This document shows positions 1-9,417 of a stretch of 64,000 bases of DNA, one piece after another; the first letter of the stretch is position 1; every line of letters begins with the position of its first letter. The notes under the pieces were generated by a model. The model ran no database searches and had not been told where the DNA came from. It saw only the letters and a program-made list of their open reading frames with translations. The position numbers and the translations under genes were made by a program. Origin of the DNA: Bacteroidia bacterium (GTDB taxonomy: Bacteria > Bacteroidota > Bacteroidia > CAILMK01 > JBBDIG01); assembly GCA_040880525.1 (NCBI GenBank), contig JBBDIG010000051.1:4221-68220 (forward strand), in the 5' to 3' direction.

Positions 1-55
1 TCACGACCCTTCGCTCTTCAGGCGAATGCTCTAACCAACTGAGCTACCTCGGCCT
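1..55 (-). tRNA. tRNA-Phe (anticodon GAA), truncated by the window edge. The 5' acceptor, D-arm and anticodon arm are present; the T-arm and 3' end lie left of position 1.
   Basis: Reverse complement reads GGCCGAGGTAGCTCAGTTGGTTAGAGCATTCGCCTGAAGAGCGAAGGGTCGTGA. It has a canonical D-arm (GCTCAGTTGGTTAGAGC) and an anticodon stem-loop TTCGC-CTGAAGA-GCGAA, giving anticodon GAA. Confidence 0.8.
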
Positions 56-200
56 AAGGTTTCTCCCTTGCATAGAGCACTTGTCTCTTCAGTCCGGTGT
101 CGGTACCTTTCTAAAAATTGAGACAAACTTTCCCTGTTTTGTGCAGGTCAGTTTTTACTGACAGATATCATTCTAGTTCGATTGCGACTCCGATGTCAAC

Positions 201-1208
201 TCAAGCGGCTGTGGATAAGGAATCTCCTGCTTTATAAAGCGTGGCGTTCATGGCTTTTCGGTGCTGTTCCTTCGCCTTTTTCTGATTCACTGCGATGTAG
301 TACCGCATGGTGGTGGACGGGCTTTCGTGCCGGGCCAGGAACTGCACGGACTTGATGTCCACGCCCCGCTCCAATAGCATGGTGCAGAATGTTCTTCGCC
401 AGATGTGGAAGGTCAATGGTTTTCGTAAGGTGATGCGTTTCTTGAACCTTCTCAGGGCACTTTTGGCGCCCTGCATGTCCAGTCGTTTACATGCTCCATA
501 TCCTGAGGTGGTAATAAAAAGTGCGGGGTGGTCATCTTTGCGGTCGTGCAGATACATCTCTATTAGTGCTGTAGCACCCGGAATACCGATCCAGTTGAAC
601 TTTTTTGACTTCACATTTTGCACTTGGATTTCTTCATTGTTGAAATCGATGTTTTCAATATCCAGTGATAGGGCTTCTGAGATTCGTAATCCTGCTTTCA
701 GCAATATCTCGAACAGGACACGGAGGCGCAGGTCTGGAAAATGGTTGATGTTGAGCTTACTGAACATGTATTCAATCTCCTGTTGCGTCAGTGAATCTGG
801 GTCGCTGTCCGGCCTTCGGGGAAATGGGATGTCACGCCAGTTCATGCGGGTGGGGATACCCCGTTCCTGAATGTAGCGCATGAACCTGCGAAAAGAGATG
901 AGCGCCCTGCGTTGGGAATAGGTGATATTGCCGTTGAAGTTCTCACTTACCTCCAACTTGATCTTTGATAAATCGTAAAGCGTCAAGGTTTCTACCTCCA
1001 TGTCGCCAAGGGCAGGAACGATTGCCCTTCGGGCAAAATATTCATGCTTTGCAATGGTTTTATAGGAATAACCTTCTCGTGAAAGGTACTGGTAAAATCC
1101 CTGGTATTGATCTTTTATTCTATACATAAAATACAAAAGACCCAGCCAGAGATCAGTCCAGCGGGTCTTTTGCATTGGCACTATAGCATAGTCGAAAGGA
1201 TGTGTCAA
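201..1208 (-). CDS. Tyrosine-type site-specific recombinase/integrase. The true start is possibly the internal Met at about 1175.
   Basis: The C-terminal catalytic region reads ...HIWRRTFCTMLLERGVDIKSVQFLARHESPSTTMRYY, carrying the R..H..R..Y tyrosine recombinase signature. It lies next to tRNA genes. Confidence 0.85.
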   Translation of the reverse strand: MTHPFDYAIVPMQKTRWTDLWLGLLYFMYRIKDQYQGFYQYLSREGYSYKTIAKHEYFARRAIVPALGDMEVETLTLYDLSKIKLEVSENFNGNITYSQRRALISFRRFMRYIQERGIPTRMNWRDIPFPRRPDSDPDSLTQQEIEYMFSKLNINHFPDLRLRVLFEILLKAGLRISEALSLDIENIDFNNEEIQVQNVKSKKFNWIGIPGATALIEMYLHDRKDDHPALFITTSGYGACKRLDMQGAKSALRRFKKRITLRKPLTFHIWRRTFCTMLLERGVDIKSVQFLARHESPSTTMRYYIAVNQKKAKEQHRKAMNATLYKAGDSLSTAA

Positions 1209-1665
1209 GCGGCAGTAGAACCCATAGCTGATCTCTATCCCTTTCGGGATGGCCCCCTTTCGGGGATCAATGGGTGACTATTAAACTTGTAATGTGCTTT
1301 AAGTATAGCAAACTCAATTTAACAAGTCAACTAAACTTTTCAACACTATTAGGCAGGCCTTACAAGAATCCACGTAGTTGCATGTCCATTTCCTCTGGAA
1401 CATGGGGGAAATGTTTCACCTTTCGACAACGGTATCGTGTTGTCCGAATGAGTAGAACAGCGATACACGCCACTTTGCTGACATTTAGAACCTGTTGAAC
1501 CAGACATAATTTTAAGAATTTTGTTAGACCGTAAATTTAGACCCAAATTTCTTAAAGCAGGGAATACGTTATCAACAAGTGTGGAGAAATGGGATTCAGG
1601 AGTGACGTTCTCACCCTATCCAAGCTGGGTACATCCGTACCCTTGCATCTTGAATAGCGTGCTCA

Positions 1666-1748
1666 CTGGAGGAGGCGAACCACTCTAAAAACCGAGAACC
1701 CTTCCGTACCTCCAGGAACCCCAGTTTCCAGAGCCATTCGCGCGGAGG
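1666..1748. repeat. Copy 1 of an imperfect ~80-nt direct repeat with internal GGAGG...CCTCC complementarity.
   Basis: tggaggaggcgaaccactctaaaaaccgagaacccttccgtacctccaggaaccccagtttccagagccattcgcgcggag aligns along its whole length with 1814-1890, at roughly 75-80 % identity by eye. Confidence 0.7.
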
Positions 1749-1813
1749 TCGCTCACAGAGAAAGCAAGCCGAGCGGCACATCTGTGCCACTACGGCTCAC
1801 TTACACTGTTCGC

Positions 1814-1890
1814 TTGAGGAGGCGAACCACCTTGTGACCGGGAACCTTCCGTTCCTCCAGAATTCCCGGCCCCGAGGCCATTCGCGGGAG
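1814..1890. repeat. Copy 2 of the ~80-nt direct repeat.
   Basis: ttgaggaggcgaaccaccttgtgaccgggaaccttccgttcctccagaattcccggccccgaggccattcgcgggag. The two copies are separated by a spacer containing the hairpin ggcacatctgtgcc. Confidence 0.7.
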
Positions 1891-2101
1891 ATAGGACACC
1901 CTTACATTCTCGTAGACAAGGTAAGCGCAAAAGAACATGACTGTAGCCCTACGGGTGGCAATGGATTTTCCCGGCATAAATTCTCCTATCCAGTCCGATT
2001 TATTCCAGTTCCTCCCTAACCATCATGATCTTTAAAACTTGTTCGGCTTCTACAAGAAAATAAGGGTAGCGCTGCGCAAGGGAGAAATATTTCAACTGGG
2101 C

Positions 2102-2395
2102 TTATCGCTCTCTATCTCTGTCTTGACCCTTATCGTTGCCCCTGATTCTGCGAAGTTCATCAAACCTGCTTATCTTTCTTGATCTATCATACTCCTCCAT
2201 TCCTTTTGCCAAAGCTTGATAAAATGGCCAGGCACTATCAATTCCTCTTAGCCTGGCGGCTAAAGAGGGTGCGAACTGAGAAATTAAGAAGCCGTAATTG
2301 AAGCCCTTGATATATATTGTATCTTCCTTCATATCTTCATTAAAATGTATCCTTGGCGTGATTCTCCAGATAGGAATATAGGGATTCGCGATCAT
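2102..2395 (-). CDS. Hypothetical protein. It overlaps the upstream HTH gene by 55 nt in another frame, and may be a separate small gene or a frameshifted remnant.
   Basis: The 97-aa ORF has a highly charged C-terminus (RRIRGNDKGQDRDRER). I recognise no motif. Confidence 0.3.
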   Translation of the reverse strand: MIANPYIPIWRITPRIHFNEDMKEDTIYIKGFNYGFLISQFAPSLAARLRGIDSAWPFYQALAKGMEEYDRSRKISRFDELRRIRGNDKGQDRDRER

Positions 2396-2609
2396 ACAAG
2401 ATGATTTTCTTTGTTGGTTGCGAGTAACGAATTTCGCCAGAATCTCTAAGTTTTTGCAGGGTTGTCTTGCTTTTTATTCCTAATAAGTTCATTGCCTCAT
2501 CTGTCACGATCCATCGTTCCTTTACTATGCTATACTTTTCTTTGATTCGGTCTACCACTTCTTCAATTAAGTGATAAAAGGCATCTGTTTCAAGGCAAAT
2601 TACTTCCAT
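2340..2609 (-). CDS. Small helix-turn-helix DNA-binding protein of the excisionase / AlpA-MerR-like family, typical of Bacteroidota mobile elements.
   Basis: 89 aa: MEVICLETDAFYHLIEEVVDRIKEKYSIVKERWIVTDEAMNLLGIKSKTTLQKLRDSGEIRYSQPTKKIILYDRESLYSYLE. This fits the pattern of an HTH recognition helix followed by a wing. It sits between the integrase and tRNA genes. Confidence 0.6.
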   Translation of the reverse strand: MEVICLETDAFYHLIEEVVDRIKEKYSIVKERWIVTDEAMNLLGIKSKTTLQKLRDSGEIRYSQPTKKIILYDRESLYSYLENHAKDTF

Positions 2610-2752
2610 AATTCATGTATCTACCCTAAATATAACTCTTTAACCTATTAAGTTATGAATTTCATGCTAAAAAAGATGCAGAAATTTAAATGAAGAGACT
2701 TAGGGTTTTTCCTTAAAGGGTTAATCTATACATATATTTTAACTCGCTCTGC

Positions 2753-3601
2753 TTATTCTGATGATTTATCAGAAGCTCTGCCAATAAATGAATATCCGAT
2801 ACTGAAAGAGTACCAAGGAATATCATTATAAATCCATGCGCTACCTATTTCCCCTGCTGCTCTATCCCAGCCCATCATTAAGCCAAACTGAAAATCGTCA
2901 AATTGAAATACTCCTCCCCAACTGGCTGTGATCCCCAGGACAGTTCCGTCTCCCTTATTAGGTGATGCTGGGTTATTTTCATCGGTAATAGATAGTGTTG
3001 CCAACCCTAAAGTGACAAGGGGAAATGATAGATAATAAGGCTCAGTATGACTGAGCCGATATTTAATTCCGATATATCCACCTAAAGTCAGATCAGGTGT
3101 AATTTTGATATTGTGGTCAGAGAGTTTTGGGCGAAGTTTGAAGGGCAAGGATAAATTAGCTCCATAAGTAAGACGCGCGTTTGGAGCTTTATAGCTTTTT
3201 ACAATAAATCCATTTTCTACATAACGATTAAGTTCATTTTCATTAATCCAAAAAAATACATGGTTATCAGAACTATTTACATAGTTACTGCTACCTTTTA
3301 ATGCAGAAATAGCACCTGTTTCATCTTTGATCGGTAAAAATTTTATTACATAAAAAACGGAATTATCGCTTGGCTCTATTTCCTTTCCTACAATTTTAAA
3401 TTTTAAAGGTTCTTTCGGAATTTTAACTGTGGGCGTTTTACTCCGAAGGACGGGATCAAAGATTTTAACGTACACTAGACCCGCCACTTGGTAATAAAAG
3501 GGATCCTCTATAGTTTGACCCTGATTTTGGCTCAACAACGAGTGGGGTATTAAAGCTGTTAGAAGAGTAAACCACATAATTTTTCTCATGGCATCGATCA
3601 T
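2753..3601 (-). CDS. Secreted or outer-membrane hypothetical protein (signal peptide; beta-rich, porin-like).
   Basis: N-terminus MRKIMWFTLLTALIPHSLLSQ is signal-like. The remainder alternates hydrophobic and polar residues and is Gly/Tyr-rich, ending ...WYSFSIGYSFIGRAS. Confidence 0.5.
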   Translation of the reverse strand: MIDAMRKIMWFTLLTALIPHSLLSQNQGQTIEDPFYYQVAGLVYVKIFDPVLRSKTPTVKIPKEPLKFKIVGKEIEPSDNSVFYVIKFLPIKDETGAISALKGSSNYVNSSDNHVFFWINENELNRYVENGFIVKSYKAPNARLTYGANLSLPFKLRPKLSDHNIKITPDLTLGGYIGIKYRLSHTEPYYLSFPLVTLGLATLSITDENNPASPNKGDGTVLGITASWGGVFQFDDFQFGLMMGWDRAAGEIGSAWIYNDIPWYSFSIGYSFIGRASDKSSE

Positions 3602-3861
3602 TAATTAAACTTGACCCCACGAAATTCTGAATTAAGAACTGATCTTGCAATACTCACTGATGAGTATTTTTGTATTTAAGAAATTGCAACTATCGAGAAC
3701 AATAGTAGCGACATAGTAATTTCTGAAAACTGTTCTAAACCTTGATCACAGTGTATTTATCCCAAGTGCTCAAACTGCATTAGCGGAAGGATGGGTAAGA
3801 AATTTAAAAATAGGTCAAACCATCACTCAATTTCCAGATGTTGTACCTATGTTGTACCCAA

Positions 3862-3892
3862 AAAAAAGGCGACAGAATCCTGTCGCCTTTAA
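3862..3892 (-). terminator. Rho-independent terminator downstream of tRNA-Leu (minus strand).
   Basis: On the minus strand, the hairpin aaaggcgacaggattctgtcgcc is followed by a T-run. Confidence 0.6.
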
Positions 3893-3896
3893 ACCT

Positions 3897-3983
3897 GTAC
3901 CCGGAGCGGGACTTGAACCCGCACAGGCATCACTGCCTACAGGATTTTAAGTCCTGCGTGTCTACCAATTCCACCATCCGGGC
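3897..3983 (-). tRNA. tRNA-Leu (anticodon TAA) with a long variable arm.
   Basis: Reverse complement GCCCGGATGGTGGAATTGGTAGACACGCAGGACTTAAAATCCTGTAGGCAGTGATGCCTGTGCGGGTTCAAGTCCCGCTCCGGGTA. Anticodon loop is CTTAAAA, with a long extra arm and a GGTTCAAGTCC T-arm. Confidence 0.85.
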
Positions 3984-4082
3984 AAAAATGTTCTGGGTTC
4001 AGCGTTCAGGGTTCCGTGTTCAGGGTTTTCCAAAACAAAAATTGGGACTCACATCCCAATTCATCTGAACCTGTAAAAAAAT

Positions 4083-4157
4083 GGAGCGGAAAACGGGACT
4101 CGAACCCGCGACCTCAACCTTGGCAAGGTTGCGCTCTACCAACTGAGCTATTTCCGC
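4083..4157 (-). tRNA. tRNA-Gly (anticodon GCC).
   Basis: Reverse complement GCGGAAATAGCTCAGTTGGTAGAGCGCAACCTTGCCAAGGTTGAGGTCGCGGGTTCGAGTCCCGTTTTCCGCTCCA. Anticodon loop is CTTGCCAAG, with a canonical T-arm and CCA. Confidence 0.85.
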
Positions 4158-4347
4158 TTATTAAAAGCTGCGCAAAAGTAGAACATTTTTGAGAACGTGA
4201 TGAAAGTCCTGCCCAAAAAATTTAGCTCGATTTTGATTGGATGCTTGTCCGCTTTTTGACGTGCCTGGTTCGGCAATCTTACTTTGGGGGGCGGGCAACG
4301 GAATAAGTCTTAACGGATTTCAGCAAACGGAGCAGCGGCAGTAGCAT

Positions 4348-5169
4348 TTACTCTTTGGTTTGCCGGTTGAGGTCCTCTATCACTTGCCGCACGCTGCCTG
4401 TCTGGAGGAGCATTTCGCGGGCTTCATCATAGCCAATGCCGTAGAGTTCTACGATCATACGGCTGCCGCGGTCTATGAGCTTTTTGTTGCTAAGCTGCAT
4501 ATCCACCATTTTATTGTCGCGCACACGCCCCATCCTCACCATCAGCGCTGTACTGATCATATTGAGCACGAGTTTCTGCGCGGTTCCGGCCTTCATGCGG
4601 GTACTGCCGGTCACGAACTCCGGGCCGGTGATGATCTCGATAGGATAGTCAGCAAACATGGCTACAGGGCTGGTGGGATTGCAGGTGATGCATCCTGTGC
4701 GGATGCCCTGCTCCTGGCATTGTTTAAGGCCGCCCGCCACGTAGGGTGTGGTGCCAGAGGCCGAAAGTCCCAGCACAAAGTCTTTATCGCTGATATCATG
4801 TTCCAGCAGATCCTGCCAGCCGCGCAGGGCATCATCTTCGGCAAATTCCTGGGCCTGGCGAATGGCCGCATCTCCGCCTGCTATTATGCCGACCACCATT
4901 CCCTGCGGCACTCCGAAAGTGGGCGGACACTCCGAAGCGTCCAGAATCCCCAGCCGGCCGCTGGTGCCGGAGCCAATGTAGAATAGTCTGCCGCCATTTC
5001 GCATTTTCAGGTAAATGGCTTCAGTGAGGTTCGTGATCTCCGGCAGCTTCTCTTCCACCGCATACGCCACCTTTTTGTCTTCCTTGTTCATGTTCTTTTG
5101 CAGATCCGAGGTGCTCATCTGCTCCAGATGGCGGTATGCCGAACTTTGTTCTGTTATTTTTTCATCCAT
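4348..5169 (-). CDS. murQ: N-acetylmuramic acid 6-phosphate etherase (SIS domain).
   Basis: Carries the MurQ signature GGRLFYIGSGTSGRLGILDASECPPTFGVP and the C-terminal ...VRQVIEDL region. Confidence 0.85.
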   Translation of the reverse strand: MDEKITEQSSAYRHLEQMSTSDLQKNMNKEDKKVAYAVEEKLPEITNLTEAIYLKMRNGGRLFYIGSGTSGRLGILDASECPPTFGVPQGMVVGIIAGGDAAIRQAQEFAEDDALRGWQDLLEHDISDKDFVLGLSASGTTPYVAGGLKQCQEQGIRTGCITCNPTSPVAMFADYPIEIITGPEFVTGSTRMKAGTAQKLVLNMISTALMVRMGRVRDNKMVDMQLSNKKLIDRGSRMIVELYGIGYDEAREMLLQTGSVRQVIEDLNRQTKE

Positions 5170-5213
5170 ATTTATTAATAAAAAAATTGGAATTAAAATA
5201 TTGAAAGCACTGA

Positions 5214-6287
5214 TTAATGGCTCCAGCTATAGGTTTTATTCCAGTGCAGAAATTTACTGATGGCAAGCGGATTTTTCTCCACCCATTTTTTTGTCTTTTT
5301 ATCCGATGCATTATTGCTGCTGAAGATCATCATGCTGTAGGCTTCAGCGTGTCCGGCTTTTTTCATATCTGCTAAATAGGGTACATAATGTTCCCAAAAG
5401 AAACCGGTATTGTCTTTTTGCTGCTCATCCAGAAACGAAATAAGCATTTCCAGCTTGCGGGAAAACCTGCCTCCCTCACCCAGCTTTTTCCCGATTTTTT
5501 TAAATTCTTTGGTTTGATCAAGTGCTTCGATCAGATACATTCCGATTTCAACCGATGAAAAATCGTTGGGTACTTTAACGGTAGAGTCAGATGAAACGGT
5601 CATGGTATTGAGGGAAATGGTGATCTCTTTTCTCCCGGATTTTTTCACATTGCCTCCCATCAGGTCCATCAACATTTCGAGGGATTCAGCGGAGCGGGTG
5701 CTTTGCGGCTCCAGGGCGAGAAAGCGCAGGGAGGCCAGGATAGCCGGTATTCTCATATCCCGGATGGCAGCGGCAATGGCCAGTGTTCGATGAGAGCTGG
5801 CATGATCCGGATTGATGGTAATGGCACGCTCAAAACTCTCCATACAAGCTTCAAATTCTTTTTGTCTGAATTCTGTAATTCCTTTGTTGAAGGGCAATAG
5901 ATATACATCAGGAAATTTTTCCATTCCCTGGCTGTAAGCCTTGATCGCTTCATCCGGACGCCCCAGAAGATCGAGTGCGCTGCCGTAGGTCACATATACA
6001 TTCGCTAGCGTTTTCTTTTCAGGATACAGGCGCAGCACCTTTTGGCAAGTGGCTATCGCGCCCTCGTAATCTCCTTTCATAAATTGTGTAATGGCTATTT
6101 CAGAAAGTGCTGTATAATCGTTTTCCTCAAGCTTCAGGGCTTCTTCGTATTTAACAAGGGCCTCATCATACTTTCCCTGATCGTGCAATGAAATGCCTTC
6201 ACGTACCAGCGAAAGCACTTCTTCTTTTTGCGCTGCCAATTCAAGGATAGGAAAGCATAAAAGGAGGAACAGAATGGTAAATCTCAT
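5214..6287 (-). CDS. Tetratricopeptide-repeat protein with an N-terminal signal peptide.
   Basis: N-terminus MRFTILFLLLCFPILELAAQ. Repeated TPR-like segments of the form A..Y..A..L..P. Confidence 0.65.
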   Translation of the reverse strand: MRFTILFLLLCFPILELAAQKEEVLSLVREGISLHDQGKYDEALVKYEEALKLEENDYTALSEIAITQFMKGDYEGAIATCQKVLRLYPEKKTLANVYVTYGSALDLLGRPDEAIKAYSQGMEKFPDVYLLPFNKGITEFRQKEFEACMESFERAITINPDHASSHRTLAIAAAIRDMRIPAILASLRFLALEPQSTRSAESLEMLMDLMGGNVKKSGRKEITISLNTMTVSSDSTVKVPNDFSSVEIGMYLIEALDQTKEFKKIGKKLGEGGRFSRKLEMLISFLDEQQKDNTGFFWEHYVPYLADMKKAGHAEAYSMMIFSSNNASDKKTKKWVEKNPLAISKFLHWNKTYSWSH

Positions 6288-6782
6288 ATTTGTTTGCTGT
6301 TTTGCCTCTGCCGGTTTCCAGAGGCGTTTTATTATAAATGATTGAAAAGCCGCCTTTTACTGCTTCCTTACCGGATTCCTTATTTCTAAATCGAATTCAG
6401 AATAATTGTGGACAAATTTGAAAGTACATTTAACGGCCATTTTTCTTCGGAAGTGCAAACTGCATTTCTCAAGCAGGAGTCGCGCTAACAAGGCTGGAAA
6501 AATACATATTTTAACTTTCACCTGCGATGAAAAAGGATTGAGAGCGCTCACCCTGATTCACGGAAATCCATGCTGGCAATCACTTAACGGTTTGCTTGCC
6601 ACCGGTTTCAGTATTGGATTGAACATTTTCTTTTCTTCCCGGCTTTACAGGCAACACAAACTGAAACGGCAACGATTGGCGCAAGCAAAGATCCTGAAGC
6701 AGGTGAGCATCATTTACCTCTGAAAGACTTCTGCTTAGCTTCCTGCCACTATATTTGCCGCCCAAAAATCAAGCGAAAAAAC

Positions 6783-7766
6783 ATGAAATACCAAGCCGAA
6801 GACCTCTCAGCATTTTCAAAGCAAATTCGTATAGCTGTAGACCGGTATAAGCCCCATCCTTATGAGCGGAATGACATCCGGAACGTAGTGATAGCAGGGC
6901 TTGGAGGGTCTGGTATTGCCGGACGAATAGCCCGGAATTACCTGGAAGATGAAATGAAAGTTCCCGTAGAGGTGGTTTCAGAATATAAGCTTCCCGGCTA
7001 TGTGGGACCGGAAAGCCTGGTGATCCTCAGCTCTTACTCCGGCAATACTGAGGAAACCCTGAGCATGTATGAGGATGCACAAGCCCGCGGCTCCAAATTG
7101 ATTGCACTGAGTACCGGAGGAAAGCTGCTGGAACTTGCAGAAAAGGCAGGAATCCCTTTTTACAAAGCAGATCCCGGGTATCAGCCACGGATGGCACTGG
7201 GATATTCTCTCACGTACTTGCTGCTTATACTGAATGATTTCTCTGCTCAGGAATTTGAAGAGGAACTGCTCCGGGCGGCTGCGGCACTGGAAAATGAGGA
7301 GCCATTTATAAAAGAGGCCAAAGGGCTGATGGAGCACTTTCCGGATAAAGGAATGACCATACAGGTGCTGTGCGACCGGCTTACGTATCCTGTGGCGTTG
7401 CGGTTTACACAGCAGGTAAATGAAAATGCGAAAGGAGAAGCCTTTGTGGTGCCACTTCCTGAAACCAACCATAACGTGATTGAATCGCATACCGGCAAGC
7501 GCCATTCAATGTTCATCATACTGAACGGACACGACCATCCACGGGTTGACCTCCGTTTTACCTTCCTGAAGTCGCTTCTGGAAGAAAAAGAAAATCACGT
7601 CATCACCCTGGAATTGGCACAAAAGAACCTGGCTTCTTACCTCGAACTGGTGTATAAGCTGGATTGGCTATCGCTGCTTCTGGCTGATGCAAAAGGTATC
7701 AACTCGGCTGAAATCCCAAACATTAACCGGCTGAAGACTTTCCTGAAGGAAAATCAACAGGCCTGA
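6783..7766 (+). CDS. SIS-domain sugar-phosphate isomerase, of the bifunctional phosphoglucose/phosphomannose isomerase-like family.
   Basis: VVIAGLGGSGIAGRIARNYL...LVILSSYSGNTEETL is an SIS nucleotide/sugar-phosphate binding pattern. The bifunctional PGI/PMI call rests on memory of that family. Confidence 0.55.
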   Translation: MKYQAEDLSAFSKQIRIAVDRYKPHPYERNDIRNVVIAGLGGSGIAGRIARNYLEDEMKVPVEVVSEYKLPGYVGPESLVILSSYSGNTEETLSMYEDAQARGSKLIALSTGGKLLELAEKAGIPFYKADPGYQPRMALGYSLTYLLLILNDFSAQEFEEELLRAAAALENEEPFIKEAKGLMEHFPDKGMTIQVLCDRLTYPVALRFTQQVNENAKGEAFVVPLPETNHNVIESHTGKRHSMFIILNGHDHPRVDLRFTFLKSLLEEKENHVITLELAQKNLASYLELVYKLDWLSLLLADAKGINSAEIPNINRLKTFLKENQQA

Positions 7767-7817
7767 GTTTATCTGGCATTTTAAATTAAAATTACGTTTT
7801 GGAAGTGGCCGGGAGAT

Positions 7818-8969
7818 TCAGAGCAACAGGGTATCAATCCTGTGGGCCTGCACTATTTTCTCGCAGGGCGACCAGGAGAAGATAGTGAAGCGGCCATCCT
7901 GAGATGCCACCATCGCCATGCAATCCTGCTGATCGTACACGAACTGTGCGGCTGAGAGGTGGCGCGTCCCACCCATTTTAGCCGGATGTATTTCTTCCGG
8001 TTCCACATTCATTACAGGCTCGGTAAGCAGCACTTTGTTCACGGCTCCTTTTCCGTCAACGCGGCCGATTTTAGCGCCAAACGCCAGCACTTCATAGTTG
8101 TCGTTAATGATGGTGGCTCCGTCAACCGCAGTGAGGCCCGCAATCAGGTCTATCTCATGATTCAGCACTTCTAGGAGGCCGGGATGCTCTTCCTCAGAGG
8201 GATTTTGCTGTAGCAGCCCGGTAAGTCCGCTGAACGAAGGCTGAAGGGGATAACCCATGGGCTGCACGATGGAATGTTGCCATCCGGTGGCATCCAGGGG
8301 CGTAACCAGAATGGCGCCTCCACGCTTGTGAGCCCGCATGCTCACCGCCATTTGCACCAGCACATTCACCGAGTTATTCCAAATTGTATTTCCGCTGAAT
8401 TTGAGCAGAGAAGCCAGCATGGCAGGGCAATCCGGGTCACTGGCCTGTGCTTCGTTCACCAGCTTTACTTGGTCGCCAGTGAGCACGGCTACATTGGCAA
8501 ACTTCCCGAAACCATGCACCCGTCTGTGTTTCACCACCAGCAACCCCGGTTCAGAAACGTCCAGCACCAGGCAGAAATCTGGAAGGTGGCTGGTGCTGCC
8601 CCAGACGTAGAGCTGGTCCTTGTCATGCCAAACGCCAAGGTATATTCCCGAACGTTCCATCCCCGGTGCAATCTTGATGAGTGCCTGTGTAGTGAGCGGC
8701 AGACGGTGCTGGAACATAAGCGGATTTCCGGCCTGCTCAGGGTTGACCCAGGCCAGCGAAATGCGCGGAGACAGTCCCTCCTCCCGGCTCAGGCTCGTCC
8801 AGAACGATGTGTCAATCATCGTTTCAATGGTTGCAACATCAGGAGGGGAGGAGACATTTTCCGCACCGGAAGCCTGTGCTTCAGCCACAAGCCTTCCGAA
8901 ATGAGTGTGGATAGCCGGAGCAACTATCCGGGCTGCTTCATACGTGGATCGCCTTTTCATTCGGGTCAT
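7818..8969 (-). CDS. DAC (diadenylate cyclase, DisA_N) domain protein with a ~230-aa N-terminal sensor-like region (DACNV-like architecture).
   Basis: The C-terminal third carries three collinear DAC motifs: LTAVDGATIINDNYEVLAFGAKIG (DGA), GGTRHLSAAQF (RHR-like) and ASQDGRFTIFS (E/D-G-x-I-S). The gene is visibly more GC-rich than its flanks and is followed by a 400-bp AT-rich gap. Confidence 0.65.
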   Translation of the reverse strand: MTRMKRRSTYEAARIVAPAIHTHFGRLVAEAQASGAENVSSPPDVATIETMIDTSFWTSLSREEGLSPRISLAWVNPEQAGNPLMFQHRLPLTTQALIKIAPGMERSGIYLGVWHDKDQLYVWGSTSHLPDFCLVLDVSEPGLLVVKHRRVHGFGKFANVAVLTGDQVKLVNEAQASDPDCPAMLASLLKFSGNTIWNNSVNVLVQMAVSMRAHKRGGAILVTPLDATGWQHSIVQPMGYPLQPSFSGLTGLLQQNPSEEEHPGLLEVLNHEIDLIAGLTAVDGATIINDNYEVLAFGAKIGRVDGKGAVNKVLLTEPVMNVEPEEIHPAKMGGTRHLSAAQFVYDQQDCMAMVASQDGRFTIFSWSPCEKIVQAHRIDTLLL

Positions 8970-9417
8970 ATTTTACTTGCAAAGAACCGGGATTCCTGAT
9001 CATAAAAAAGCAATTGGTTGTTAGCTTTTAGCCATTAGCAGTTAACATAAGAGTTAGCTCCTGCGATTTTTTAGGGAATACTTTTAAAGTGGTGGTCGGG
9101 ATGAAAGCAGAAAATTTTCGAAGGATTGTAAACATTATAGAAACAACAATCATAAAAACTAGAATAAAATTGGAAGGAGTGCAATAGCAATATGGCAGGG
9201 AACCATTTAATTAATTTTTTAAAATCATTGTATATATAATTCAATCTTTTACTCAATGTCATGCTCAATAACTAATTTAATATTTTAGATTTAAAAGTAT
9301 AAAATATAAAACTCAATTTTTAATAAAATAAATTAAATGACAGGGGTTTTGTTAAAACGCAATTCTTTCTTTTGTTTCAATTCCTTCCTCCAGTGATTTT
9401 CTCCTCATTTTTGCGGC

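Noticed and set aside
2102-2609. Programmed frameshift joining the two overlapping minus-strand ORFs (HTH protein and 97-aa ORF).
   Set aside because: There is no slippery heptamer or conserved fusion product I can recognise. The 89-aa HTH protein is full-length on its own. Treated as two ORFs, with the second of low confidence.
4360-4986. 208-aa plus-strand ORF inside murQ.
   Set aside because: Antisense shadow ORF of a well-supported gene; Ala/Gly/His-rich nonsense.
6288-6782. ORFs 6357-6551 and 6406-6723 in the 495-bp gap between the TPR gene and the SIS isomerase gene.
   Set aside because: Low-complexity, Lys/Arg-rich translations with no motif. The region more likely holds divergent promoters and a hairpin (GCCTCTGccggtttcCAGAGGC). 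Kept as intergenic.
8274-8999. 241-aa and other plus-strand ORFs overlapping the DAC-domain gene.
   Set aside because: These are antisense ORFs typical of a GC-rich coding region. The minus-strand frame carries the recognisable DAC motifs.
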